DNA of 64,000 bases. Source: a virus. Taxonomy: Duplodnaviria > Caudoviricetes. The stretch spans positions 1-64,000 of the IMG/VR virus record IMGVR_UViG_3300013121_000031; one strand, written 5' to 3'. The notes below the pieces were generated by a model. It saw only the letters and a list, made by a program, of their open reading frames with translations. It was not told the origin of the DNA and did no database searches. Shown here piece by piece: positions 46,569 through 57,013 of this stretch. The stretch's first letter is position 1, and every line of letters begins with the position of its first letter. Made by a program: the position numbers and the translations under genes.

Positions 46569-48598
46569 TACACAAACTCAACTTGGCCTATTATTGAGAT
46601 CGCATCCGCTATGACCTCAGCACTGCTACCAATTATGACAGTATTGCCTGCCGATAATAATTGAGCATTAGCTCCAGCATTCATATCGATGGCAGCACCA
46701 GCAGCAACCAAGAAATCACTTCCTGAAGCACAAGAGATCGATGCCGTTGCTCCTATTAGTGCATCTGTGCCAGCAAACAAATCAATTTCCTCACCTGACG
46801 TCCCAGTTATTGCCAAACCAGCAATCATGTCTAAAGACAATCCGGCTGTTTCGATGATATTTCCTTCTGGGGCTTCAACGTACACATCCAATAGAAGAGA
46901 TTTTGCAGTCAGATTCCCGATACTGGCTTGCAATTTGACATCCATTTCTTCAACTAATAAAGCACCTGCCTGTTCATCAGCCTCAAATCCAGTGCCTGAA
47001 GTAAGTCCATCTTCATTTATTCCAGATGAACCAACAGCATTTACAACTGAATTTCCAGATACTTCATATTGGCCATTGATAATGGTAAGCATGACTCCGC
47101 TACCAGTAACTTGGCCTCCTATGCAAGTGATTATTGAATCTTCTGCATCAATAGTTGAACCTGTGTCATTTACAGTACAATTTGAGACTGTCATATCTGA
47201 TACAGCATTGGTGACTAGCAATCCAATGTTCTCAAAAGTTCCTTCTTGAACTTCAGAATCACCGGCAAAAACCTGACCACAATCTGTAGCATCTAATTTT
47301 TGGGCGGTAGTGTCATTCAATTCAACAGTGCCGCAGGTGTCTATTGTCGTTTCTTCACTTTGCCCTTTATTAATTTCAATATGCTGGCATCCAGTTATTT
47401 CAAGCTTTTGAAATTGACAATCATTTAAAATCAGTCTTGTGAACTTTTCAAATGTAGCTTCTTGGGCTTCCCATCCAAAGATTTCTAATGTCGCTTGCCC
47501 TTCTTTTCCCGACATGGTGACATTTTGCCCAGATTGCGGCTTATAAATTAGATTCTTATAGACCAAATCGCTGCATTCAACATCATCTACAAATTCATCT
47601 TTTACTGAGGTTAGAGTGCCTTGATCTAAAGTGAATTTATCTTGAAATGAGGACTTTTCACTATCAATAGCCCCACCAGTAACTTCAAACTTACCTTGGA
47701 ATTCACAATCAACCAGTCTTACAGACGATTTTTCAACTTCAGTGTCATCTTGAAATGATGCTCCAGTCAAAATTACTTGTGATTGTGAAAATGTTGCTTT
47801 ATCTTTTACTTCAAAGTCAGTTCCACTGCAATTTCCAGCAGTAAAATCAAATTTGCCATCTATTTTCGTCTCAATTCCATTAAAAACTGAACCTTCGGCA
47901 GTAAAATCGTCTTTAAATTGTGATTTTCTGCCTAAAAACTGTGAATTTTCGGTGACTTCACACTTATCTTCAAATTCACCTTCATTATCAACAAGAATTC
48001 CTTGAGTAATCGTGACTTGATCCTTGAATTTGGCCTTATGAGCGACCAATTTCGATTGATCTAGCGTGAATTCCTTTTCAAATTCTGGTTTTTCACAGAC
48101 TGAAGTTGATTTTTCAGTCAAACTGCACTCATCTTTAAACTTATCTTCGTGAGATTGAAGTGTTCCGCCAGTAATTTCTACCTTTCCTTCATACTCATTC
48201 TTAACGCTTTCTATTTTTGTTTTTTCAAAAGTGCCTTCTTGTATTTTGCACCCCATTAAAAGAGCATTGCTTTGAGTTAATTCAAGCTTCTCTACTTCAG
48301 TGTCACCTATATTGACTGTAGACTTCTCACTGCATGTTATCTCACCTAAAGAATCACACTTTTCAGCACGTAACACGCCGCCTTTGAAGTCTTTTACCTT
48401 GGCATCCGAGCATTTATAAAGCGTAAGCTCATTTCTCTCTTCAGCTCCAGTACACTCAACATCATTACTCTCACGTAAAACAAGCCTGACGCCTTTTTTA
48501 AGTTCAAAAGACCCCGACTCACCTGTGATACAAATAGAACCAATCGGTCCTTCTTCATCTTCTAAGTGTTCTTGAATTAATTTATCAATGTTACTCAT
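46568..48598 (-). CDS. Acidic beta-solenoid spike-like protein
   Basis: ~17-aa F(K/Q)D repeats and C-terminal ~8-aa repeats; lies between the gp5-OB and PAAR genes. Confidence 0.55.
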   Translation of the reverse strand: MSNIDKLIQEHLEDEEGPIGSICITGESGSFELKKGVRLVLRESNDVECTGAEERNELTLYKCSDAKVKDFKGGVLRAEKCDSLGEITCSEKSTVNIGDTEVEKLELTQSNALLMGCKIQEGTFEKTKIESVKNEYEGKVEITGGTLQSHEDKFKDECSLTEKSTSVCEKPEFEKEFTLDQSKLVAHKAKFKDQVTITQGILVDNEGEFEDKCEVTENSQFLGRKSQFKDDFTAEGSVFNGIETKIDGKFDFTAGNCSGTDFEVKDKATFSQSQVILTGASFQDDTEVEKSSVRLVDCEFQGKFEVTGGAIDSEKSSFQDKFTLDQGTLTSVKDEFVDDVECSDLVYKNLIYKPQSGQNVTMSGKEGQATLEIFGWEAQEATFEKFTRLILNDCQFQKLEITGCQHIEINKGQSEETTIDTCGTVELNDTTAQKLDATDCGQVFAGDSEVQEGTFENIGLLVTNAVSDMTVSNCTVNDTGSTIDAEDSIITCIGGQVTGSGVMLTIINGQYEVSGNSVVNAVGSSGINEDGLTSGTGFEADEQAGALLVEEMDVKLQASIGNLTAKSLLLDVYVEAPEGNIIETAGLSLDMIAGLAITGTSGEEIDLFAGTDALIGATASISCASGSDFLVAAGAAIDMNAGANAQLLSAGNTVIIGSSAEVIADAISIIGQVEFV

Positions 48599-49526
48599 CG
48601 TCGTCGTATCTTCTTGGTGCCATCAAACTCTGGGAAATAAAAACTCCCGATAATGCTGACATGAACAGTGCGTCACCAGCCATATCAATGCTGGCTCCTT
48701 CTAATCTATTATGATAGACCTGCCCTGATAAAGATACTTCTTCACGAGATTTCTCATCTGTTGATTCTTGCTCCATGATGTCACAAGAAAATTCTTCTTT
48801 TGCTGTATAAATTGCGCGTGAGCTTCTATGTACTCCAAGTTCAATTCCACCAGCCGTTGGTTCTAAATCTTCTAAAGTTTCAGTCCCGTCACGCTTTGAT
48901 TTATTCTCACCATAATCTTTGTTATATAAAGATCCTTTCTCATTTGGAAATTTAACTACTGGGGACCAAACTTCTTCAACATCTTGATGAAATGACTTGA
49001 TTTTAAAATACTTGCCACCAGTGTCCATCAAATTAATTGAGCTTGCCAAATATTTTTCTGACAAAAACAAATCATTCATCCAAACAGCATTACCGTCACC
49101 ACTTGAACCAAGCATTATAGTTTCGGGGTATAAGTCATGATTGTTCCAACACTCTGGTCTTACATCACTTCCAACCCTCTTATTCCCTGGGAGTTTTCCA
49201 TCCCCCATAGGCACGGCATTCCAATAACCAAGAATCATTGGCGAATGCTTGTCACCCGACTCATACGTAATCAATACCTTGTCATTTAATTGTGGAGGAC
49301 TGAACGATCCTCTTATGCCTTGCATCATAGTGGCAAAATCCATATTCCTGATATTCAGTTCTGGGTAATCTCCTTGAACTGAATACACTGCAACTTTTGC
49401 CATTCCCATTTGATAAGGATCACGAACATCAACAACAATCCCCCTCAGCACTCCAGAAATCTGGTCTTGCTGCATGTATTGAGGATTTGTTTCTCCAGTT
49501 TTCTCTAATTCACGAGGGTCGTTCAT
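48591..49526 (-). CDS. gp5/VgrG N-terminal OB-fold protein
   Basis: RGIVVDVRDP...G..KV...PPQLNDKVLITYESGD...PMILG. Confidence 0.8.
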   Translation of the reverse strand: MNDPRELEKTGETNPQYMQQDQISGVLRGIVVDVRDPYQMGMAKVAVYSVQGDYPELNIRNMDFATMMQGIRGSFSPPQLNDKVLITYESGDKHSPMILGYWNAVPMGDGKLPGNKRVGSDVRPECWNNHDLYPETIMLGSSGDGNAVWMNDLFLSEKYLASSINLMDTGGKYFKIKSFHQDVEEVWSPVVKFPNEKGSLYNKDYGENKSKRDGTETLEDLEPTAGGIELGVHRSSRAIYTAKEEFSCDIMEQESTDEKSREEVSLSGQVYHNRLEGASIDMAGDALFMSALSGVFISQSLMAPRRYDDDE

Positions 49527-50839
49527 TCTTGCCCCTCCTTCTTAGCTTCAAAGATGTTACTTGCACGTTCTAACGATAGTGTCGAAGTAAATCCCGAAAG
49601 CCCTAAACTATGACGAACTTCACTAAGCATCCAAGTTCCCGCAGAATAATGTTTCTCCGAGACTGATGTATTGAACCAATTTTGAGGAGTCCTAAAATCA
49701 ACATCCACTAATGAAATTCCATTGTTAGGATTAACAACTTGGATTCTTGGGTCACCACAAACTTCTAAAGTAGCAGTATTTAACCCGGCCCATCTTTTAA
49801 TATGCGAATACAATTCTGGAAGAACACTAGCTCCGCCTACATTCGCTGACCGTGAACGAGCCCTAATTGCTCCTTTGGTCACCTCTTCTTCCATCTGCTC
49901 AGCGCACATGTGTCTTATTTGGCTAGGTGGTTCTTTTGGGGGGAGTGAGTAAGCCATTTCATAAGCAGAGTACCCCAATAATTCTTGATACTTTTCAGTA
50001 ACCTTTTGATTGAGAGAGCTTTTAACTGTGTAACCATTGATTTTGTGGTGAGCATTAAAATGAGTATCTGAGCTGTCTAAAATTGGAATATATGTGATGT
50101 CATAATCCCAAGAACGTACCACAGAGTCTTTATCTTGAACTTTATATGCATAATCAGCAGTTGCATCTTGAGAACGAACGATTCTTAAAATGCTTTCTCC
50201 ATTTTCGCTAGTGATTACTGGATAGTAACCTGGGCGTCCTTGCTCATCGACTGCATAATATAAAATTCGTTGTAGAAATCTCCAGTCAGACTCATGCATC
50301 AGTTTGCTGTGTCGTTTTTCACTCTTAACAGTTGAATCGCTGTCAGAGAATCCACGTTCAGTCATTTTGCTTTTACCAAACTTAGGCTCGATAATTACAT
50401 CATCAAATTTATGCAACTCAGCCCAGTCATAAATAACTTCCTCTAAAGTCCCACTAAACTGATTACTTGAGATTAGCGGGGAAGCTGTCGCTAAAAATCC
50501 ATAAATATTGACGTAGAAAGCATTATTTCTATATCCGGGTTTAACGTTTTGAATATTGAACCCATACTTAGGAGAATCTATATTTGCGTCTCCTTTGTAC
50601 CCAAATTGAAATGATCCACCAGGTAACCCTGTTTCGGGATTGCGAGAATCTTTTATAAAAGGCTCAACTTCCCATCCAGCCTCATCAAATAGGCTGAACA
50701 TTACTGTCGGGTAGTTATTTTTTGATAGAGTCATTTCAAATTCAATTGGAATATTTGGATTATCGTAAATACGTTTTAAACCCCCCATTTCTAAATCAAA
50801 ATAGGGCACAATTGTTTGAAACTTTTGGGGATTGAACAT
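49523..50839 (-). CDS. Baseplate hub (gp27-like)
   Basis: ESDWRFLQRI, ATLEVCGDPRI, GTWMLSEVRH...GFTSTLSLER. Confidence 0.75.
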   Translation of the reverse strand: MFNPQKFQTIVPYFDLEMGGLKRIYDNPNIPIEFEMTLSKNNYPTVMFSLFDEAGWEVEPFIKDSRNPETGLPGGSFQFGYKGDANIDSPKYGFNIQNVKPGYRNNAFYVNIYGFLATASPLISSNQFSGTLEEVIYDWAELHKFDDVIIEPKFGKSKMTERGFSDSDSTVKSEKRHSKLMHESDWRFLQRILYYAVDEQGRPGYYPVITSENGESILRIVRSQDATADYAYKVQDKDSVVRSWDYDITYIPILDSSDTHFNAHHKINGYTVKSSLNQKVTEKYQELLGYSAYEMAYSLPPKEPPSQIRHMCAEQMEEEVTKGAIRARSRSANVGGASVLPELYSHIKRWAGLNTATLEVCGDPRIQVVNPNNGISLVDVDFRTPQNWFNTSVSEKHYSAGTWMLSEVRHSLGLSGFTSTLSLERASNIFEAKKEGQE

Positions 50840-53439
50840 TATCTAGACCCCATAGCTACTTTATTTTGATATGACAAGCTTGAAGGATCTCTTGCAATGT
50901 TCGCTCTTCTAATCTCTTCCATATGTTTCTTCTGGTCATCTTTACCTTGAGTTAGAAGATTATTTTGCTGCTCTAATAAGGCATTATTCTTAGCCATCAG
51001 TTTTGCCAAAGCAGCTTGATCTCGTTTTAACCACTTTTCTACAGCCCTTGCAGCCTCACCAGTAGTCATAACCCCATCTTTATTTAAATCAAGACCTGCA
51101 TTGCGAGCATAAGCCTCTCTATTCTTGGCGCTCTTGCTGAAAGCTGAGTACATTGGATGGTTAGCATCTTTTCCAATAAAGGCTGGAGAGAATACTGACA
51201 TGTAGGTATCCTGTAGATTACCCGGTCGGATATGTTTATTGCTAAAATACTTGTCAACATAATCCATCTGCTCAACTTGACTCATTTGAGCAAGGTCACC
51301 TGTGGTTGTCCCCAATCCTTTGGCTGTTGATGCCATGAATTGAATCAAACCAGTTGCAGATGATTTTCTATTTTTCTTTGATGGGGATAGTGTCCCACCA
51401 GTCTCTAAATTCATGACAGCTTTTAAATGAGCTGGATTCATTCCATGTTTCTTAGCTACTTCAACTATCTTTTTATCAAAGGCTGCATTACCAGTAGACA
51501 TAAACCCCGCATTTTTCATATCTGCTGGAGCCCATTTTGCTGTTTCTGGATATGATTTTGTTATTGCTGATTGCATTTTCTCAATAACATTTGATCCACC
51601 AGATGATTTAGACCCGCTTCCCCCGAGTCCAAACATATTCATCCCGGAAGTAACAAGATTGAAAGCTGTGTTAGCTGTTTGGCTACCAGCAAAATTAGGA
51701 AGTAAAGGAGACAACACTTTTCCTAACATGCCATTTGGATCTGTTATGGCTGACACTAAATTGGTGAAAGTTTTGAATAGACTGTCTTTCATCCAATGAT
51801 AAAAATCACCAATTCCAGCGTTGGCTGAAATGATTACAGCAGTGACGTCATATAAACATGAAGCGGCTTTATCAATAGCCTCAACAAGCTTTGGTAGATG
51901 TGGTGAAATCTTGTTTGCCAATTGGGTAAAGATTGCATCCAATTTATTATTGAGGTTTTTAAGTAGCTCAGGCATTGTGTTGTTCAATGCTTTAAGACTG
52001 TCTTCCATAGTTCCCTCAGTGGCCCCTTCTTTTTGGAGTTTCTTCATATCTGGAATAAATGAATCGATGTTTCCACCATATGATTGGTACTGGCGTAAAG
52101 CACCTTCAAACTCAGGTCCAAAATTCAATGCTTTCATTTGCTCAGAAGCAAAACCTCTGGCAATGTTTACTGAAGCCAGTTTATCTTCACCTGCTTGAGA
52201 ATTGCCAAACATTTTGCGCAATTGGGCCGGAGTATATTTCATGTATTGGGCTTGGTTGCCTAAGAGCTTTTGATAAGTCAGTAACCCAGTTTTAATTCTA
52301 GCTTCCAAAGCTTCTTCGGCTCTTTCTGGATCTGACATTAGGTTGATGGCTTTGCTTCCACTCATCCCCATAGCGGCTGACATGTAGGCTGCTTGTTGAT
52401 ATTTCTTGCTTGGGTCACCAAAAATAGCCGCCATAGAACCAGCTACTTTAGAAGCATCAATATTTAATGACCTGAATAGTCCTTTTGCTCTAAGAACTCC
52501 ACGTTGAAATTCTTGGACATTACTTCCAAGTGCTGCTCCATAGTTGTCCCACATCTCAGTGCCATCACTGATGGCAGCATTGGCATCATGAATTGAGAGA
52601 TTAAACTCAAACATGCTTGAGGAAAGTTCTCCCCAATAATTATCAATCTCATTCCAAGACTTTCCTTGCATTGAAAGAGTTCGAACGAGGTTTGCAGCTT
52701 CCTTCTCCGAAAGGTCAAACATTCTAATGGCTTTGGCTGATGAGTATATATACTTCTCAATGCCATCACCTACTTTTGACATAGGCACTCCAGCCTCAAT
52801 GAAAGCGTGGCTGAGACTCATAATTTGTTCTTCACTGAGTCTTGTAGTTGCTGTCATGGCAACCATTGAACTATTAAAACGTTCTATCTTTGCCTCATCA
52901 CCCCCAAGACTTCGCAAAAAATCTGAGGTCGCATCTTGAAGTTTGAATATTTTAGAGATGACTCCAACAATAATTCCTGAAATGCTGCCAAAAACGGCAA
53001 TGGCTGGCAAAATTCTTACAAGTTCCCCAGATAACTCTTTAAGAATTGAAGTAAGAGGTTTGATTGAATCTTTTAAATCTAAAGGATTCAATCCCCCAGA
53101 AAAACCTGACATGCCCTTGCCAGGTGCTTTCTGCGGTTTTGTTGCTTCAGGCAATAGCCCCGGAATATCGAAAACCCCTGCGGCTGCTTTGGCTTTGGCC
53201 TTCTTTGCAAGTATCTTTTCTTGTTGTTTAATCAAAGCTTCTTGGACTTTCATCACTTCTTTGATGTTTTTTATTGCAGCTTTAGAAGTTTTATTTAGGA
53301 AAGTGACTACATTATTTTGAACATCAACAACATGCTTAGAAAAGGTCTTAGCCTCTTTTCCACTGTTAAATACTGGGGTTCCTCCTTTAAACAAATCGGA
53401 GGTAGATTTATCATGTTGATCCCAATAATTCTTAGCCAT
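50839..53439 (-). CDS. Tape measure protein with lytic-transglycosylase-like domain
   Basis: Long helical region; VMNLETGG..SSATGLIQFM..TA. Confidence 0.8.
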   Translation of the reverse strand: MAKNYWDQHDKSTSDLFKGGTPVFNSGKEAKTFSKHVVDVQNNVVTFLNKTSKAAIKNIKEVMKVQEALIKQQEKILAKKAKAKAAAGVFDIPGLLPEATKPQKAPGKGMSGFSGGLNPLDLKDSIKPLTSILKELSGELVRILPAIAVFGSISGIIVGVISKIFKLQDATSDFLRSLGGDEAKIERFNSSMVAMTATTRLSEEQIMSLSHAFIEAGVPMSKVGDGIEKYIYSSAKAIRMFDLSEKEAANLVRTLSMQGKSWNEIDNYWGELSSSMFEFNLSIHDANAAISDGTEMWDNYGAALGSNVQEFQRGVLRAKGLFRSLNIDASKVAGSMAAIFGDPSKKYQQAAYMSAAMGMSGSKAINLMSDPERAEEALEARIKTGLLTYQKLLGNQAQYMKYTPAQLRKMFGNSQAGEDKLASVNIARGFASEQMKALNFGPEFEGALRQYQSYGGNIDSFIPDMKKLQKEGATEGTMEDSLKALNNTMPELLKNLNNKLDAIFTQLANKISPHLPKLVEAIDKAASCLYDVTAVIISANAGIGDFYHWMKDSLFKTFTNLVSAITDPNGMLGKVLSPLLPNFAGSQTANTAFNLVTSGMNMFGLGGSGSKSSGGSNVIEKMQSAITKSYPETAKWAPADMKNAGFMSTGNAAFDKKIVEVAKKHGMNPAHLKAVMNLETGGTLSPSKKNRKSSATGLIQFMASTAKGLGTTTGDLAQMSQVEQMDYVDKYFSNKHIRPGNLQDTYMSVFSPAFIGKDANHPMYSAFSKSAKNREAYARNAGLDLNKDGVMTTGEAARAVEKWLKRDQAALAKLMAKNNALLEQQNNLLTQGKDDQKKHMEEIRRANIARDPSSLSYQNKVAMGSR

Positions 53440-53629
53440 TTGCCTTCCGTTTCTTTTTCAAATCTTCGAGATATTGCTCTTCTTCTTGATTAATCCTCAC
53501 TAAACTATTATATGCTTCCATCACTTCTTTTGGGGTCATCACTTCCATTAGCAACAATTGCTGGTTGGCGTGTTTCGCTAGGCGCATCATTACATCCAGA
53601 TATTTTCTGTATTCTTCTTGACTCACCAC
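53432..53629 (-). CDS. Tail assembly chaperone, downstream part (gp51-like)
   Basis: MEVMTPKEV...L.RINQEE; immediately before TMP. Confidence 0.55.
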   Translation of the reverse strand: MVSQEEYRKYLDVMMRLAKHANQQLLLMEVMTPKEVMEAYNSLVRINQEEEQYLEDLKKKRKANG

Positions 53630-54401
53630 GAAAAAATCCAGGGCTCACCCCAAGCACCAGCAGATCCGAATTATCAACACCACAATTTGAGCAGAGAACC
53701 CCTTTCAATTCATGGTCAATTCCGGTATCACAACTGGCTACAAATTCAGCAAAAACTTGAATATCTTCTTCTTGCATTTGAAGCAATGATTGGAACTTTT
53801 GTTGAAGTGGATAAGATTTTCCATCTATCTTATCGATCATCTGTGCTGCACGAAGCAGGTTGGTGTCCATTGCTTTATTCTTTACCATCTTCATTTTAGT
53901 CATGGTCTCTAGTTCTTTGAAAACTGCTCGTTCATCTTCAAGTCGTGGAAGATGGAAAACAACTTTATGGTCACCCCACTGGATTTCAATTCCCGTCGCT
54001 TTGTAATCAGCTCTGTCAGCAAGCTCAAATATATTTAGTTTTGAAATTTGAAATTTTGACTCTTGTTCAACTGAACATATGGGACAAACATATGGAAGTA
54101 CAAAATCATCCCCCCAAGATCTGTATTTAATTGCATAGAACAAAATCAAGCAATCTGACAGTAGTAACTTATCTAAGTCGAATGATTTTGCATTAGGTTC
54201 AACAAGCAATTGCTCTAAAACATGCCTAAACATTAAATACGTATTGCTATTGTCCATTCCAGCCATTTCACGTTTATGCGCCATTGTGAAATTGCTTACT
54301 TTGACTCCCTCACCATTAAGCAAAGGAACTTCAAGTCCTTCATAACCAACTGGAGCACTCGGTAACCTGACAATATGCTCACGAAACTGCATATGAGACA
54401 T
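53508..54401 (-). CDS. Baseplate hub assembly chaperone (gp26-like)
   Basis: LPS..GY, LLLSD...I..RSWG, CPIC, CSNC, GFF. Confidence 0.75.
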   Translation of the reverse strand: MSHMQFREHIVRLPSAPVGYEGLEVPLLNGEGVKVSNFTMAHKREMAGMDNSNTYLMFRHVLEQLLVEPNAKSFDLDKLLLSDCLILFYAIKYRSWGDDFVLPYVCPICSVEQESKFQISKLNIFELADRADYKATGIEIQWGDHKVVFHLPRLEDERAVFKELETMTKMKMVKNKAMDTNLLRAAQMIDKIDGKSYPLQQKFQSLLQMQEEDIQVFAEFVASCDTGIDHELKGVLCSNCGVDNSDLLVLGVSPGFFRGESRRIQKISGCNDAPSETRQPAIVANGSDDPKRSDGSI

Positions 54402-54456
54402 TTGAACTCTCCTATTAAGCCAATAACCCTAAAATTATTCTTTCATGCATATAAAT

Positions 54457-54490
54457 AAAAAACAACTCTAGGAATGGCGGTCCTAGAGTT
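54457..54490 (-). terminator. Intrinsic terminator after tail tube gene
   Basis: AACTCTAGGA/TCCTAGAGTT stem followed by a U-tract on the minus strand. Confidence 0.75.
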
Positions 54491-54518
54491 ATTTCTTGGG
54501 CTATTGGGCTATTTCGGG

Positions 54519-55052
54519 CTAGGCAAGTAAATTTGAAGAACTTAGGTTGTCTAATGTGGCTCTATCTACTGATAGGTCTAATGCAATACGGACAAGCTCT
54601 TGTCCTTCAGCATAAGAATAACCATCAGATGGTGCTGGGGAAGCTTTAGGCCAAACTCCATAACATGTCCATGTTCTGACAAGCTGAGTAGCTGGGTCAT
54701 ACAAGTAAACACGCGCTTGACGTTTATACTGTGCTGCTAATCCCATGCGTGATGTGGCTGGGTCATAGATCTGTTTAGACCATGCCCATATTTGATCCAC
54801 AATGCCTGGAGTGACAAAGTCTAGCAGTTCGATTGACATGTCACTTGGGTTTGGCTTACTTGCTACCTTAACACGGTCGTTATAGTAGAAGACTTCGACA
54901 GTATCAAACTCAATTTTTGGCAGGGTTACAGATTGGCAGGCCAATACCGAATCGATGCCTTGAATGTCGACATGGAAGTGTGACTTACGAAGAACTTCGT
55001 AATTCGAGTCGTTGCTTTGAGACAACAAAAAAGATGATCCGAATTGAGCCAT
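54519..55052 (-). CDS. Tail tube protein (gp19-like)
   Basis: SVTLPK, W...IYDP.T..MG...YKR, W..YGVWP. Confidence 0.88.
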   Translation of the reverse strand: MAQFGSSFLLSQSNDSNYEVLRKSHFHVDIQGIDSVLACQSVTLPKIEFDTVEVFYYNDRVKVASKPNPSDMSIELLDFVTPGIVDQIWAWSKQIYDPATSRMGLAAQYKRQARVYLYDPATQLVRTWTCYGVWPKASPAPSDGYSYAEGQELVRIALDLSVDRATLDNLSSSNLLA

Positions 55053-55095
55053 TTATCTATCCTCTAAAACCTCTTATATCCCCATTCTATCGTAG

Positions 55096-56910
55096 TTAGA
55101 CGTTATTGAGAGAAGAAACAAGTTGTTCGGAAATCGAAGCTTGACCAACTTTCTCAATCTGGAAGGTTACCAGGATGATTTCAGCGTATTTAAGAGGCTG
55201 AATTCTTACTTGGCATCCCATAATGTTGTTATTGATTAAATCATCAGTATTTGTAGCTCTATTACAGATAAATTCACCGAAGTAAATTCTTTCTCTGCGT
55301 ACAAGACTATCCAAGTACGGTTGACCTATCATCTGGGCTTGATTCCATACGCTAGGAATGTTTTCCTTGTACAGTAGCGGATACAAAGCTGTGACTAGAG
55401 CCTTCTCAATCCTCATCAGCATCATACGCGCACCAATTCGATCTAGAGAAGTAGATGAAATTGTTGCTGTATGCTGTCCGGCAACCATTGTCCCAATACC
55501 CATGATGTCGGATATAGGGTTGATTCGGTTTTCTTCTAAGAATTCTCTATCAACTGGATTTAGTTTTCTGTTGATATCGATGATGTTTAGAAGTTTGCCT
55601 CTCTCAGGTCCGGCAGGTGCTTCCCAAGGGTTAGATCTTGCAAAAGCAGCTACGGCAGCAGCAGATGGAGGAGTGTCCTCTGTCTCGGCTGTAATGTTGT
55701 TATATGTTGAGAAGTTTGGATAATAGATTGCTGCATAAGTAGAATCTATTGTGTCGTATGAACTGTAATCCCCATTACCATCAGCCCAGTCAACAACATC
55801 TTGGACTGAGATGTTCGCAGGGGGGTCAAGAATTACAAGAGTATCACTACGGCTGACTTCAGCAAGCTGAATCATAGCTTGACGAACTGCTAGCCTTTCA
55901 GAGGCTTTAGGCACCGCCAATAAGTTGATATCACATTGATCTGGGAAGGCATAGTTTTGCATGCCAGTCGGATTTTCACCAGCTACATTTCCAATGTAGT
56001 CAGCATCAATGATGTCTTCAATACCATCAGTTCCGCCAGAGAATGTATAATTTCCAGCCAATGGAAATGCGTCATATGCATCTGCTGGGTTGTAGTAGAT
56101 CGAGGTTGCAAGTCTCTCAACCATATTTGTAAGAGTCAATGATCTGAAAGTTTCAACTACATAAGGACCAGCAACTACTTCATCGTCAGAATTAACAATG
56201 TTTTGAAGCACTTGGATATTGAACGTGCTCCAATAATTAGCAGTGACTAAAACAGTGGCTGAAGTTACAGCTACTGAAAGGCCAGTGGTAACAATGGTGA
56301 CTACCCCGGTTTGATAATTGACTGTTCCACTATAAGCTGATGATTGAGTCAATGTGCTTTCAAACACAAGAGCCCCACTACCATTATCAGTAGCAACTTT
56401 CGTTCCATTGATTTTAACGACCACCGTTCTAGCAACTAAAGGCTTATTATCAGTTGCAGTGTGCGCGTAACTTCCATCACCTGTGGAAAAAGTATGAGTG
56501 GCTGACTTGCTTGTTGAGGCTTGCTGTCCATAACTAAATTTAAGAGTCAAGTTATTGTATTCAGAGCCTTCTTCTGGAGCATCAACATCGACATCACTTG
56601 AATCAATTAAATCCACTGTTACTGTGGCTTTAGCTGCTCCATTCCCAACACGAGTTCTCCAAAGTCTTCCACCACCAGCATTGAAATACTCACGCATAAC
56701 AAGACTTGCTGGGTGGGTTGCTGAAGGGACACCAAACAGCTCAATGCCATTTGTTAAGCTTGAGACTAAGACTCTTTTGTCCATCTCACCTTTGCTGGCA
56801 GTTCCAACAAGAGCAAGAATGCAATTTGTAAGCTCTCTAACGTACTGTGATATATCTCTTTCTTGAGCATAGATACCAGCAGTCATTCTGATGGGTCTTG
56901 GAGAAACCAT
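55096..56910 (-). CDS. Tail sheath protein (gp18-like)
   Basis: GIY..ERDIS, GG.DG, PWEAPAGPERG, RINPI, LDRIGAR. Confidence 0.92.
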   Translation of the reverse strand: MVSPRPIRMTAGIYAQERDISQYVRELTNCILALVGTASKGEMDKRVLVSSLTNGIELFGVPSATHPASLVMREYFNAGGGRLWRTRVGNGAAKATVTVDLIDSSDVDVDAPEEGSEYNNLTLKFSYGQQASTSKSATHTFSTGDGSYAHTATDNKPLVARTVVVKINGTKVATDNGSGALVFESTLTQSSAYSGTVNYQTGVVTIVTTGLSVAVTSATVLVTANYWSTFNIQVLQNIVNSDDEVVAGPYVVETFRSLTLTNMVERLATSIYYNPADAYDAFPLAGNYTFSGGTDGIEDIIDADYIGNVAGENPTGMQNYAFPDQCDINLLAVPKASERLAVRQAMIQLAEVSRSDTLVILDPPANISVQDVVDWADGNGDYSSYDTIDSTYAAIYYPNFSTYNNITAETEDTPPSAAAVAAFARSNPWEAPAGPERGKLLNIIDINRKLNPVDREFLEENRINPISDIMGIGTMVAGQHTATISSTSLDRIGARMMLMRIEKALVTALYPLLYKENIPSVWNQAQMIGQPYLDSLVRRERIYFGEFICNRATNTDDLINNNIMGCQVRIQPLKYAEIILVTFQIEKVGQASISEQLVSSLNNV

Positions 56911-57013
56911 TGATTTTCACTCCTAGAATACGACGTGCCATTTGTCAACTGAAATTATTATCTCAGAAGAATTCTTGAATTCTTTTCGCAATCGTTTTAT
57001 CGAGTAGACTGTT

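Noticed and set aside
54497-54521. Short GGGCTA tandem repeat
   Set aside because: Three 6-mers only; not a CRISPR array, and no repeat-spacer array was seen anywhere in the window
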